A stretch of 64,000 nt of DNA, from UHGV virus genome UHGV-0382128; one strand, 5' to 3'. The notes beneath the pieces are model-generated. The model was not told where the DNA came from and ran no database searches. It saw nothing but the letters and a program-made list of their open reading frames with translations. Below, piece after piece: positions 10,300-19,515 of the stretch. Each line of letters begins with the position of its first letter. Position 1 is the stretch's first letter. The position numbers and the translations under genes are program-made. Origin of the DNA: a virus.

Positions 10300-10345
10300 G
10301 GTTAAAATATAAGTGGGCTAGTCTATTCGATGAATAGACTAGCCG
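10300..10345 (-). terminator. Long hairpin (12-13-bp stem) followed by an AT-rich tract; probable terminator
   Basis: ggctagtctattc-gat-gaatagactagcc at 10317-10344, directly after the stop of the 10353..10904 gene; adjacent AT-rich 10270-10315. Confidence 0.5.
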
Positions 10346-10352
10346 AAAGGTT

Positions 10353-10904
10353 TTACTGCACGCACAAAATCTGACCTGAGTATTCGAAGGGATTTTCTGC
10401 GAATGTTCTGAGCTGCCGACAAACCGCTTCGACGTCAGGTTCATCCGTCCGCGTATAAATCGCGGTCCCGTTCTTTAACACCCACTCACGGCAATTCCGG
10501 CCATAGTCGTCCACTAACAATCTCCCTTTATCAGCGTAAGTCGCTTTTTCCGCAGAGTTTGTAGTTACGATAACTTTGTGACCAGGCACACCAAAGTGTT
10601 TCTCGAAGAATAATTTTTTACACTCAACAACACGGTCGTGATCGAAATGGTCTTCCGAACCCGACGTTAATATCGCCCAACATTCCCCCAGACTTTCTAC
10701 CGTTTCGAGGATTTTTGCGGCCTCGGGTATAGGGTCCAGTTTATAGAAAAGATCCGGGTCTTTTAAATACATTTCCCGGACTAGTGCACGGCGGTGCAAT
10801 TCCGGCATTCCATGAAATTCTTGTATGGACATTCCTTGAAAGTGGTGAGTCAGCACGTATTTGCGCCAACTTGCGAATACGCCGTCACTATCTAAATTGA
10901 ACAT
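10353..10904 (-). CDS. Putative HAD-superfamily 5'(3')-deoxyribonucleotidase-like hydrolase (183 aa)
   Basis: N-terminal MFNLDSDGVF (HAD motif I DxDG), later LTSGS and LLVDDYG (motif IV-like). Confidence 0.5.
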   Translation of the reverse strand: MFNLDSDGVFASWRKYVLTHHFQGMSIQEFHGMPELHRRALVREMYLKDPDLFYKLDPIPEAAKILETVESLGECWAILTSGSEDHFDHDRVVECKKLFFEKHFGVPGHKVIVTTNSAEKATYADKGRLLVDDYGRNCREWVLKNGTAIYTRTDEPDVEAVCRQLRTFAENPFEYSGQILCVQ

Positions 10905-10971
10905 TTTTGATTATCCTTTTTTGTAGAAATTCCTCCGACACAATAACGGTAGAAATCGTAAAAATAAAAAA

Positions 10972-11271
10972 TTAGGACTGCTTAATCGAAAGAATGAACC
11001 GAAACGGTTCAGTTAACAAGAGGTAAGTACGTGTAAAATCGATTTCGGTACCGGCTTGACGTACATCGCAATAAAATTTCGCGATATCTTGTTGTGAAAT
11101 ACCTGCGACAATGTTGTTGACTTTACGTTTGGTGTCAAAACGTTCAGCGAGTATCGAAGAAAGCACTTCCTTTCCAGCGCGTTCTTGAACGGCATAGATT
11201 GTTAGTGCTTTCAATTCCTCAGTCGTTAAAGTTTGCAAAGTCGGAGGTATGGCAATGTTAACCACTTTCAT
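10972..11271 (-). CDS. Hypothetical protein (99 aa)
   Basis: ORF only. Confidence 0.45.
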   Translation of the reverse strand: MKVVNIAIPPTLQTLTTEELKALTIYAVQERAGKEVLSSILAERFDTKRKVNNIVAGISQQDIAKFYCDVRQAGTEIDFTRTYLLLTEPFRFILSIKQS

Positions 11272-11320
11272 GCTTCCCTCACAATCGACAAATTCGGGTT
11301 GCAGACCATGAACTGGGCGA

Positions 11321-11959
11321 TTATGGAGTTACAGTGTATTCGTTTAACGCAGCGTCAAAAATACCCCGAGAGATTTCTTTTGCATCAGAAATCGTAATCT
11401 GAGGTTCCCGTTCACTACACGTTACAGTAAGTTCGTAGAATGAACCACTTTTTAATAGTTGGTTAGCATTCAAACGAACGTCTTGGTTAAGCGCTACTGC
11501 TAACGTGTGAGTGTATCCGTTATTTGCCAGTCGAACTAAACGCAGTTCACCAATCATACTAGGTTTAATTTCCCAGTTTGATAAGCGGTGAGGAACAATC
11601 CACACTTCATTAGCGCGGTAGGGTTCAGCCGACAGTTCTATCGAGGGTTGGACAACATCACGTTCGTCGAACCCATACAGATAAAAACGTGGCACAGCGG
11701 TTGCGGTTTCCGCAGGTGTAAAGTAACGACGGACACCACGCAGGCAACGTTCTAAATCGACAGAGCAGCAAATACGGGGTACCGTTTTGTCTTCGTCTCT
11801 GTAAACGCTATAAGGAATCCGAGGCGTGAAAACCGAAATCTTTCGATCGCTGATATGTAACGGGGCGCTATCTAACTTTTTCAAAGAAACTTTCTTTGCG
11901 GTGCGTGGCAGTTGTTGCTCTAACCACTTCACCAACGAAGGTTCAATAGTATCAGCCAT
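11321..11959 (-). CDS. Hypothetical protein (212 aa)
   Basis: ORF with SD gagggaag; abuts the next gene. Confidence 0.5.
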   Translation of the reverse strand: MADTIEPSLVKWLEQQLPRTAKKVSLKKLDSAPLHISDRKISVFTPRIPYSVYRDEDKTVPRICCSVDLERCLRGVRRYFTPAETATAVPRFYLYGFDERDVVQPSIELSAEPYRANEVWIVPHRLSNWEIKPSMIGELRLVRLANNGYTHTLAVALNQDVRLNANQLLKSGSFYELTVTCSEREPQITISDAKEISRGIFDAALNEYTVTP

Positions 11960-12763
11960 TTACCACTTCCCGTTACCTAAACCCATAACACGCAGGTTAG
12001 TTTTCTTATTAGCGATGGCCAGGTACTCCTGCGCTAACGCACGAACTTCACCACGACGAGATTCTGTCGCGATGGTAGACGTGGTGTTAGGATTTCGCAG
12101 AATGTCCTCCAGTGCCTGGAGAGAAACACGACGGTCCAGCAGTACACGAGTGGATTCTTGAGCCACTTTACTACCGCGTTGAATTGCAGAGTATTTGTTA
12201 CAAATCTGCAACCCGTCTTCGATAACCCAGTCAAACGTTACCAGGCGATCTAAGCGACGTGTTTTCACACCACCTACATAGCCTTCACGTACGATTGCGC
12301 GCAGAGAGAAACACACATTCTGGTGTGGGTTTTCGAGCGCTTCTGCTAAGTACGGACCACGTTCACGGTTCGGCTTAACCCAGCCCCAGATTTCCATGAC
12401 CGGCAAGCCGTTACAGGTTTGGTCGGTTGGAATCACTTCAACTTCACGAATGTGCATACAGACGTTTTTCGTCTCAATCCATTCGTTGCGATCGATCCAT
12501 TGCGCTTCGGTCATGCCGGGTTCTGGCGCTGGGTGATCTTCTTCCCCGAACAGATTCCCTGCTTTCACTTTACGCATAAAAATGTTCGAGCGTTCGAATA
12601 CGTGTTTGGACTCGTTATAGGCGTAAAAAATCCCTTCCGAGTTAAAGATATTCAAAGCACCCAATAGTACGCGGTAATAACCATCCGCGTCTTTCTCCAG
12701 TGTGGCTGGAGCGTTAACACCGGCTAACGCTACACAGTTGTAACGCAGTGTTAAATTGTCCAT
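11960..12763 (-). CDS. Hypothetical protein (267 aa), possibly virion/morphogenesis
   Basis: ORF in the block upstream of the RNAP fragments; no motif recognised. Confidence 0.5.
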   Translation of the reverse strand: MDNLTLRYNCVALAGVNAPATLEKDADGYYRVLLGALNIFNSEGIFYAYNESKHVFERSNIFMRKVKAGNLFGEEDHPAPEPGMTEAQWIDRNEWIETKNVCMHIREVEVIPTDQTCNGLPVMEIWGWVKPNRERGPYLAEALENPHQNVCFSLRAIVREGYVGGVKTRRLDRLVTFDWVIEDGLQICNKYSAIQRGSKVAQESTRVLLDRRVSLQALEDILRNPNTTSTIATESRRGEVRALAQEYLAIANKKTNLRVMGLGNGKW

Positions 12764-12794
12764 TGTTTTCCCCGAGTAAAAGTAAAAGGTAGGA

Positions 12795-13529
12795 TTACCT
12801 CATAAACAAATCTTCGAGCGGTTCGGCACGCACCGGGTCAACCTGTAACGCAGAACGAATACCACGTTTAAGTTCTACGTCCGCAAGTTTCGCCAGTCTC
12901 GACGTTTTGTTAAGTGAACCACTGCGCAACGGAATAAACTGCACAGGGTTGTTAAGATCGCTATCTTTCTTCAGCGTATAACGGAAGAACGTTCTCGGAT
13001 CACCTACTTTACGCTGCGTGTGTGCTGCGTAAACGTCAGCGGTAATCTGATCGGCAAATACAGTAAAACCGTTCCATTTCTTGACTTTATCAGGTGCCAA
13101 GAGTTCAGCATCATCCGCCGCAGTAAACCAGAAAGGACGATTACCAAAGTCGTAAATATACGACGCAATGTTGTAAATAGGGTGAGACAACACCTGTAAA
13201 TTGCGGTTGGGGAAAACCACTGTACCGGGATCAAAACGAAATTCGTAATAAGGAACACCAAAGACGTCGATCTCTTCAAACGCCGTTGGGGTAATTTCCA
13301 TAAGCGTTGTAACGCTGGACACCCCATATGTTTTACGGTCGGTAGAAATCGCAAAGATACCTACTATTGTTACCGTAGAAGAAATAACCGCCAACTCTTT
13401 CGCCACAAACCCAACGGGGATGTAAATGTAACATCCCCCTTTGGTAGTGGTGACCGTGCCGTTATTTACCAAGTCCGCATGAACCTTAGTAGGGTCACGA
13501 CGGGCTGTTTCAATCGCACTCACGATCAC
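12795..13529 (-). CDS. Hypothetical protein (244 aa)
   Basis: ORF only. Confidence 0.5.
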   Translation of the reverse strand: MIVSAIETARRDPTKVHADLVNNGTVTTTKGGCYIYIPVGFVAKELAVISSTVTIVGIFAISTDRKTYGVSSVTTLMEITPTAFEEIDVFGVPYYEFRFDPGTVVFPNRNLQVLSHPIYNIASYIYDFGNRPFWFTAADDAELLAPDKVKKWNGFTVFADQITADVYAAHTQRKVGDPRTFFRYTLKKDSDLNNPVQFIPLRSGSLNKTSRLAKLADVELKRGIRSALQVDPVRAEPLEDLFMR

Positions 13530-13541
13530 CTCCTAAGCGCG

Positions 13542-15002
13542 TTAAAGTTTGTCGACAAATACTGAACCTGCGATCCAGTTCAGTACATAGTCAATCATCC
13601 AACTGGTTGCGGCTTCTGCCGGGTCGGTGTTCTCAATCATTGCTGTATGAATCGTACGCATCAGCGGATCAATTTCGTAGGCGCAGAATACGGAGTTACA
13701 TGCAGTCCGGATGATAAACAACGTAATGTCTTCGTCTGCGTTGACAAAGAAATCATCACAAATACCCATAACAACCTGCTTGACTTCTTCGCGAGTACGC
13801 GTCAGTTCGCCAACAGTCAGGTAGCCCTGGTCGAGTTGGTCGATTGCAATCGAGAACGCTGTTTTCAACGCCTGGCGGTTACGGCTTACCCAGTCGAGTT
13901 CGTTTCGTTTCTGAACGATAATCGCACGACGATTGTAAGCTTCAACGTAGGCTTTCTGGTTTTCCAGCAGAGATGCGACACGTGCGGAAACGTTATAGTC
14001 GCCTTCGTCCATCAGGTAAATGGCACCCAACAGGGCTTCAACGATGCCGCCTTTTTCCAGGTAGTCGTCCATCGTTTCCTGACAGATATAGACGTTTTTC
14101 TCGTTGGTATCGTAAGAGTAAACGATGTTACCTGTGGCGACACGGTTAGCCACCGCTTTTTCGAAACCGTATACCCAACCGATAGACGTGTAGTACGCAC
14201 GACCCATTTCCGCTTTCCATTTCAGGGCGTCAACACCTGAGTCAGGCCATGGACGTTCAATGAAGAACGAAGACAACAGCAGTACCAGAACACGTTCTTT
14301 TACCATCTCCGGTGCTTTATCTGCAACAGGTACGGTGTAGTTACCTGCCAGCAGCAGTTTTGCTGCATCGTACATGCTGAGATTCAGGTCGTTCAGTAAT
14401 TTACGCACCAGCTCATCGTACGCTTTCACACCTGTTTCCGGAATCTCGATGTCGGTCGGTACATCGAACTTGATCGGGTCGTAAGTCGTACCGTTACCCA
14501 CCGGGTTGGCGATTTCTTGAATCAGCGCCTGGACAACTGGGGAATCCACACACGGATCGATACCTACTGGAATCAGGTTCCAGTCTTCAACCAATGGTTT
14601 GACATCCTCAATCGTGTTATTCTGGATAACCAACTGCACAAACGGTTGAACAACGTTACGGGCAAAGTCTAGCATCCCGTTACAACGCTGAATGGCCATG
14701 TTCTTCAGTTCGAATAGCGTGGTTTCGTGATCGTCAACACGCAGTGCTTCAACTTCAACAGCGCCGTCACGAATAATCGAAGCTTCTGCCGTACCGTCTA
14801 CAGGACGTTTAAGCTGCGTAATCGCAGGCAGTTCCTGGAAGAACTGTTCGTCGGTGATTGTGGTATCGAAAACGCGCGTAGGGTCGACCGCACGGTTGAG
14901 TAAATCAACCGGAGAGTCAACGTCTGTGCCAAGCTGAACATTATGCTGTTTGCACAGTTTCATGGCGTTAGTAACCGCATTCAGCGAGTATAAACTGATC
15001 AT
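13542..15002 (-). CDS. Hypothetical protein (486 aa)
   Basis: ORF; 4-nt overlap with the upstream 97-aa gene suggests coupling. Confidence 0.55.
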   Translation of the reverse strand: MISLYSLNAVTNAMKLCKQHNVQLGTDVDSPVDLLNRAVDPTRVFDTTITDEQFFQELPAITQLKRPVDGTAEASIIRDGAVEVEALRVDDHETTLFELKNMAIQRCNGMLDFARNVVQPFVQLVIQNNTIEDVKPLVEDWNLIPVGIDPCVDSPVVQALIQEIANPVGNGTTYDPIKFDVPTDIEIPETGVKAYDELVRKLLNDLNLSMYDAAKLLLAGNYTVPVADKAPEMVKERVLVLLLSSFFIERPWPDSGVDALKWKAEMGRAYYTSIGWVYGFEKAVANRVATGNIVYSYDTNEKNVYICQETMDDYLEKGGIVEALLGAIYLMDEGDYNVSARVASLLENQKAYVEAYNRRAIIVQKRNELDWVSRNRQALKTAFSIAIDQLDQGYLTVGELTRTREEVKQVVMGICDDFFVNADEDITLFIIRTACNSVFCAYEIDPLMRTIHTAMIENTDPAEAATSWMIDYVLNWIAGSVFVDKL

Positions 15003-15292
15003 TGTTTAACCTCTTTATTCGTGCTGATGTTCGCCTGAAGCATCGCGTACAAACGCGCGCCCACCAGATCTGCGATATCACGTTTCAGCAGTTTCTGATC
15101 ACCGATACGGTCAGACATTCCTGAGTTACCGCGAATCAGTCCATGTACAATCTCCGTTGCTAATTCAACGGTATTACCTAAAGACACGTAGTTGGTACGT
15201 TGAATGGGACTGTATCCCTCCACGTTTTGCTGGGTAATATTTTTCCCAGTCGGAATACCGTGCCGCTGTTTGATTTTATCTAGAATAGACAT
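14999..15292 (-). CDS. Hypothetical protein (97 aa)
   Basis: ORF only. Confidence 0.45.
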   Translation of the reverse strand: MSILDKIKQRHGIPTGKNITQQNVEGYSPIQRTNYVSLGNTVELATEIVHGLIRGNSGMSDRIGDQKLLKRDIADLVGARLYAMLQANISTNKEVKQ

Positions 15293-15339
15293 TCTCTTCT
15301 CCGGAGTTTATCAGGGTGGGAGCGACCCACCCCTCGAGA

Positions 15340-18300
15340 TTATTTAAGTGTCGCGGGTAAATCAGGCACAGCTTCCCCATCGAGTATACGCCCGATGAGA
15401 ATCCCGGCTTGTTCACCTACAGCATTCGCGGTACCGATACGTTGGATTGAACCTACGATACGCGCATCGACAGAATCACGACCGAACAACACGTCCAGGT
15501 CATCACCATCCTCTGTTTTGTTGTCGCCGTACATGACTTCTTGTACGGTGGTTTTTAGCTGGTTAGCAATAACCATCTTATCCGCAGCGGCCATCTCAAC
15601 GTCGTGTGTAATAAAGAATCGAACACAAAGTGAGTTAAAGGCTAATGGTACACCTTCGACACGGTAGTCGCCGTTTACACTGCCTGAAACCGGATCACCT
15701 CGCCCGACTGCCAAAGCGGCTTTACGACGAATTCTGTCGTATTTACGCACCAGTTCAGCAAGGCTTGGTGTCATGTCTTCGGTTTCACCGTGATACACCA
15801 CTTCGATCTTATCCACGATACCACGTACCCCTGCACGAGGTGCGTACGAACTTAAACTTTGCAACGTTGCGGCTGCTTCCTGACTAAAGGCACTCATATC
15901 GCCTGTCAAGTCGTCAGTAAACGTGCATAGGATTGTATCGACGTCTACGTGGTCGCCCTCATTCACGATTTCCAAAAGCATCTGGTTGCTGTTAATCGTC
16001 ACTTCTTTCAGCTTTGTTACCTGCCCCACCATTTTCTTCGCGAACCGTTCAGAAATTGCGTTGGAGTCTTCGATAACTTCTTCAGCTTCTAATAAAGCAA
16101 CGGTAGCCAGCACCCCGTTTTTCCAGGAAACCTGAGTAGGATCGTAAATATCAGGTTCAAAGTGTTGCTCGTTGTACGTAATCACTGCTCCGGCCGGGAG
16201 CTTGTCACCGGCTTTCCAGCGTGTTACCAAGGTGTGCGGATAGAAGGTACCTTCGTGGGGGCCGAACCAGCGCCCTAGAGGAAAAGCTTCTTTACTTCCA
16301 TCTTCGTACGTAATTTCAATGTGGTCTTTCGACAGACCAGTAATCTTACCTGCTTTATCAATAACGCGTGCATGTTTCACCGAAGTACGGTGTGCGACGA
16401 ATTTCTCCTGTTCAGTACGATACGGGGTTGTGGTTGCCCCAATACAACTGGTGGCAGAACCTAACTGAATCCCAACGAAGTTTTGACGCTTTGCGTCGTC
16501 CATTAACGTATCTGGTACTAACCCGTCAATAAACGAAAGGGTGTCGCTTGGTTTCGGGGTTTTCTCTTCACGTTTAAATGTAGTACCGTCAACGGTGTCA
16601 AAACGTGGGTTATTGGTGACGAAAGCAGTAATACCTACGTCGCCGTTATCTACGGTGTTACCCGAGACTATCCCGATATCGCTGGGTTGGAACTCACGTG
16701 TGTGGTAGACCATCGTTTTACGATTACGACCACCTGTACCCCCCATCGTAATAACGTCTTTTTCTTTAATTGACTGGATAGGGTTAGCACCTGGTGCCAA
16801 AAGTACCGACGGGTCGGAGTTAATTGCACCCCAAACCATGTCTTGCGTCAGTTCGAACTTACGGTTACTGCCCGGTGCGTTATTGTAGTTACGCATCGCT
16901 CTGACCATCGCGGTATAGATGTGGTAGGCAATCCTCTGATTTCCTAAGAACATCATTTCATCGCCGTTAATCTCTGGTAAAGAGTGGTCAGTTTGTAACA
17001 GTTCGTTAGAACGTTCCAACAAGCCAATAAAGGTTTCCGGTTCACCCATTTTCCTGAGGATACGTGCGTGCATGTCGTCAACAAACGCGGACCGCATCTG
17101 TTTCAGCTCATTGATGTACCGTGGTGTTAGGCCATCTGCATCACGTAATAAGTTCAGGTAAATGTCTTCGCGGTCTGCTTCTGATTCAGTATAAGCAACC
17201 AGGTGTTTGAGATAGCGATCCAAACCATGCAGAATCATCTTCTGCTGATCGTTATCGCATGTAACTAAAAGTTTACAGTCTTGTAGTCGAATAATACTGT
17301 CGTAGGCATTCTTATCAACACGCTGCCCTGCGGGAACCAACTCGTACTGGATACCGAAATGTTTCAACATTCCCTGGAGTCCAAGGTAGAACGAGAAGAT
17401 AAAACCAAGCGACAAAGATTTACCCATCAAAGACAGCTCGGTCATTTCGCGAGGCACTTTCTGGTTATTAAAGCCCAGTACCTCTGCGATAGTTCCCACC
17501 GGCTCAACTTTGTTTCCGTTCACACCGTAAAGCATGGATTTGTCATCCATTGCCAGTATTGTTTCACTGCGCGGACGTTTCGCCACTGGCAAAAGTTTGG
17601 CAGCATCGGCGTCTCTGAGTTGTTCGTCGTTAAAGAAGTTAACGGCTTCTTTGTAGTCGAAGTTCCACATATAGCCATTCGCATTAAAGCTGGCAATACG
17701 ACGTGCAATCTCCGTATACTGACGAGGCAGATGTTGCGTAGGATCGAACACATTTGCTAAACGTGCATCGGTGACTTCGGTGTTTGTCGGGTCAACAGCG
17801 CGTGTGATAATCGCGTTGGTTAACCAACGACCGTAGTCGTTTGCGACCTTATCACTACGACGGACAAAGTTTTTACCGTATGCGGTAGTCAGTGCGACAG
17901 TATCCGGCGCAACCTTACGAATCGGTAAGTCCACACGTTGCCGACGCATGGTGTATTCGACACCATTAGCTACCCAAGTACCGTCCTCGGTCAAGCCTGG
18001 GATAGAGAAGCGAACGGTTGTTGGCTCACCACCGACTGGTTGAACACGTAAAGTGTGGTGCTCGATAGTCCCTGTAACAGAAACTTCTTTTTCCACCGTG
18101 TGATTGTGAATCGCCAGACCCAAACGTTGTGAGCTGGCGACCGCCGCCAGCACGTCCTTGGTCATCATGGTCTGGTTGTACTGTTTCATCATCTGGTCAG
18201 TGACGTTCTCGGCCCACCCTTCGTCGGTAACAAGTCGCTGAACCTTTTTCGGCTCGGCTTTAACGACGACATCTTTCTCGTGAACAGTAAGTGCTTCCCC

Positions 18301-19506
18301 GTAGGTTTCTTTCGGGTTATACGGGTTAGGCAGCTGAACGAAACGTTTAGACGATTCTGACAGGAACTGATATGCTTTAGAACTTAAGCGGCCCGCTTCA
18401 GCTAAGCGTTGTGCTTCTTGTTTAATAATTTCGTCATGCGGAATGACTTTCTCGACAACAATTGTCGTCGGTTTGACGTCTTCCTTCGGTTCTTCAATAA
18501 CAACGTCTTCTTTTTCATCGAAGGTGTTATCGGATTCGACCACAGCGTCATTAACAACGTCGTCATCATCGACAACATCAACGGTTTCTTCTTCGACGTC
18601 TTTAAGGAAAACACGTTCGTCGCCTTCAGGCGTTAGGAATTCCGCTTCGTACGCATTAGACGGCGCTTGTGTCATTACACGCACTAGCGTACGGTAGAAC
18701 ATCCTGGCCATTTGATCGTCACTTAAACGACCGCCGGAGGACTTACGCATTTTCTCTACAACACCCATGTTCATGGACGTAAAGCCCGTGTTGTGGGTGA
18801 AGATAAAGTTCATTCGTGACAGCTGAGTTAAATCCATTCCCGCGAATAAGGAATCGGATTGTTTTCCATAAGCCCAAGCAAACAACTCCAATAACCACAG
18901 CAAGTTGAAGTCCTGGAACTTCTCAATCTTGCTTTTAACACGGTCGTTATAGGTTGTTTGAAACTTCTGGAACGAGGGTAATGTCGAACCCAGTTCAATA
19001 ACGAAATAGTTCTGACGCATGTATTCTTGCGTGTCGTATTTGAACTGGTTAATCATCAACAGTTGGATGTTACGCAATCTATCGTACCAGGCTAACTGGG
19101 TATCAGGATAGTAGTAGTGCGATAGCATCGGCGTGTAGTTCTCGATCAGGAGAACTTTTAAGTCTTTGCGAACCAGTTCGTCTGAGGTAAGACGACGCAT
19201 CGGGCGGTTTGCACGGTGGTAGGCAAAGATAGCACGTTCTTGCCCCTGAACAGGTTTGTTGCGCGGATGTCCGCTAATACCGTCTTCCGGTAATTTAAAG
19301 TGGTGACGAACCTGTGCAGGTTTTTCTAACGGTTGAATAATCTCGAGTGTTGCAGGCGGCGCTAACACCACCTGGTCGAGATCAATGACATGGAGTACAG
19401 AACCTCGCGGTATCTGTAGCTTCTCGAGCGGGATAATCCTCGGATTACCAAACTCGTCGGTTTTACGCACCGAGAAGCGTTGGTTAAACTGTTTAATGAG
19501 CAGCAT
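15340..19506 (-). CDS. Multisubunit RNA polymerase beta-like subunit, N-terminal fragment (1388 aa)
   Basis: Near residues ~940-1045: GGTGGRNRKTMVYHTREFQPSDIGIVSGNTVDNGDVGI and TTPYR, resembling the bacterial beta region [36 protein letters not shown]...ETPYR. Protein ends before the beta C-terminal GDKxxxRHGNKG region, and lies 10 nt downstream of the beta-prime-like gene. Confidence 0.55.
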   Translation of the reverse strand: MLLIKQFNQRFSVRKTDEFGNPRIIPLEKLQIPRGSVLHVIDLDQVVLAPPATLEIIQPLEKPAQVRHHFKLPEDGISGHPRNKPVQGQERAIFAYHRANRPMRRLTSDELVRKDLKVLLIENYTPMLSHYYYPDTQLAWYDRLRNIQLLMINQFKYDTQEYMRQNYFVIELGSTLPSFQKFQTTYNDRVKSKIEKFQDFNLLWLLELFAWAYGKQSDSLFAGMDLTQLSRMNFIFTHNTGFTSMNMGVVEKMRKSSGGRLSDDQMARMFYRTLVRVMTQAPSNAYEAEFLTPEGDERVFLKDVEEETVDVVDDDDVVNDAVVESDNTFDEKEDVVIEEPKEDVKPTTIVVEKVIPHDEIIKQEAQRLAEAGRLSSKAYQFLSESSKRFVQLPNPYNPKETYGEALTVHEKDVVVKAEPKKVQRLVTDEGWAENVTDQMMKQYNQTMMTKDVLAAVASSQRLGLAIHNHTVEKEVSVTGTIEHHTLRVQPVGGEPTTVRFSIPGLTEDGTWVANGVEYTMRRQRVDLPIRKVAPDTVALTTAYGKNFVRRSDKVANDYGRWLTNAIITRAVDPTNTEVTDARLANVFDPTQHLPRQYTEIARRIASFNANGYMWNFDYKEAVNFFNDEQLRDADAAKLLPVAKRPRSETILAMDDKSMLYGVNGNKVEPVGTIAEVLGFNNQKVPREMTELSLMGKSLSLGFIFSFYLGLQGMLKHFGIQYELVPAGQRVDKNAYDSIIRLQDCKLLVTCDNDQQKMILHGLDRYLKHLVAYTESEADREDIYLNLLRDADGLTPRYINELKQMRSAFVDDMHARILRKMGEPETFIGLLERSNELLQTDHSLPEINGDEMMFLGNQRIAYHIYTAMVRAMRNYNNAPGSNRKFELTQDMVWGAINSDPSVLLAPGANPIQSIKEKDVITMGGTGGRNRKTMVYHTREFQPSDIGIVSGNTVDNGDVGITAFVTNNPRFDTVDGTTFKREEKTPKPSDTLSFIDGLVPDTLMDDAKRQNFVGIQLGSATSCIGATTTPYRTEQEKFVAHRTSVKHARVIDKAGKITGLSKDHIEITYEDGSKEAFPLGRWFGPHEGTFYPHTLVTRWKAGDKLPAGAVITYNEQHFEPDIYDPTQVSWKNGVLATVALLEAEEVIEDSNAISERFAKKMVGQVTKLKEVTINSNQMLLEIVNEGDHVDVDTILCTFTDDLTGDMSAFSQEAAATLQSLSSYAPRAGVRGIVDKIEVVYHGETEDMTPSLAELVRKYDRIRRKAALAVGRGDPVSGSVNGDYRVEGVPLAFNSLCVRFFITHDVEMAAADKMVIANQLKTTVQEVMYGDNKTEDGDDLDVLFGRDSVDARIVGSIQRIGTANAVGEQAGILIGRILDGEAVPDLPATLK

Positions 19507-19515
19507 TGCTTAGCC

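Noticed and set aside
10270-10315. Sigma-70-type promoter in the AT-rich tract upstream of the 9820..10209 gene
   Set aside because: TTGAAA and TAGAAT-like hexamers are present but with non-optimal spacing; too weak to annotate without transcript mapping.
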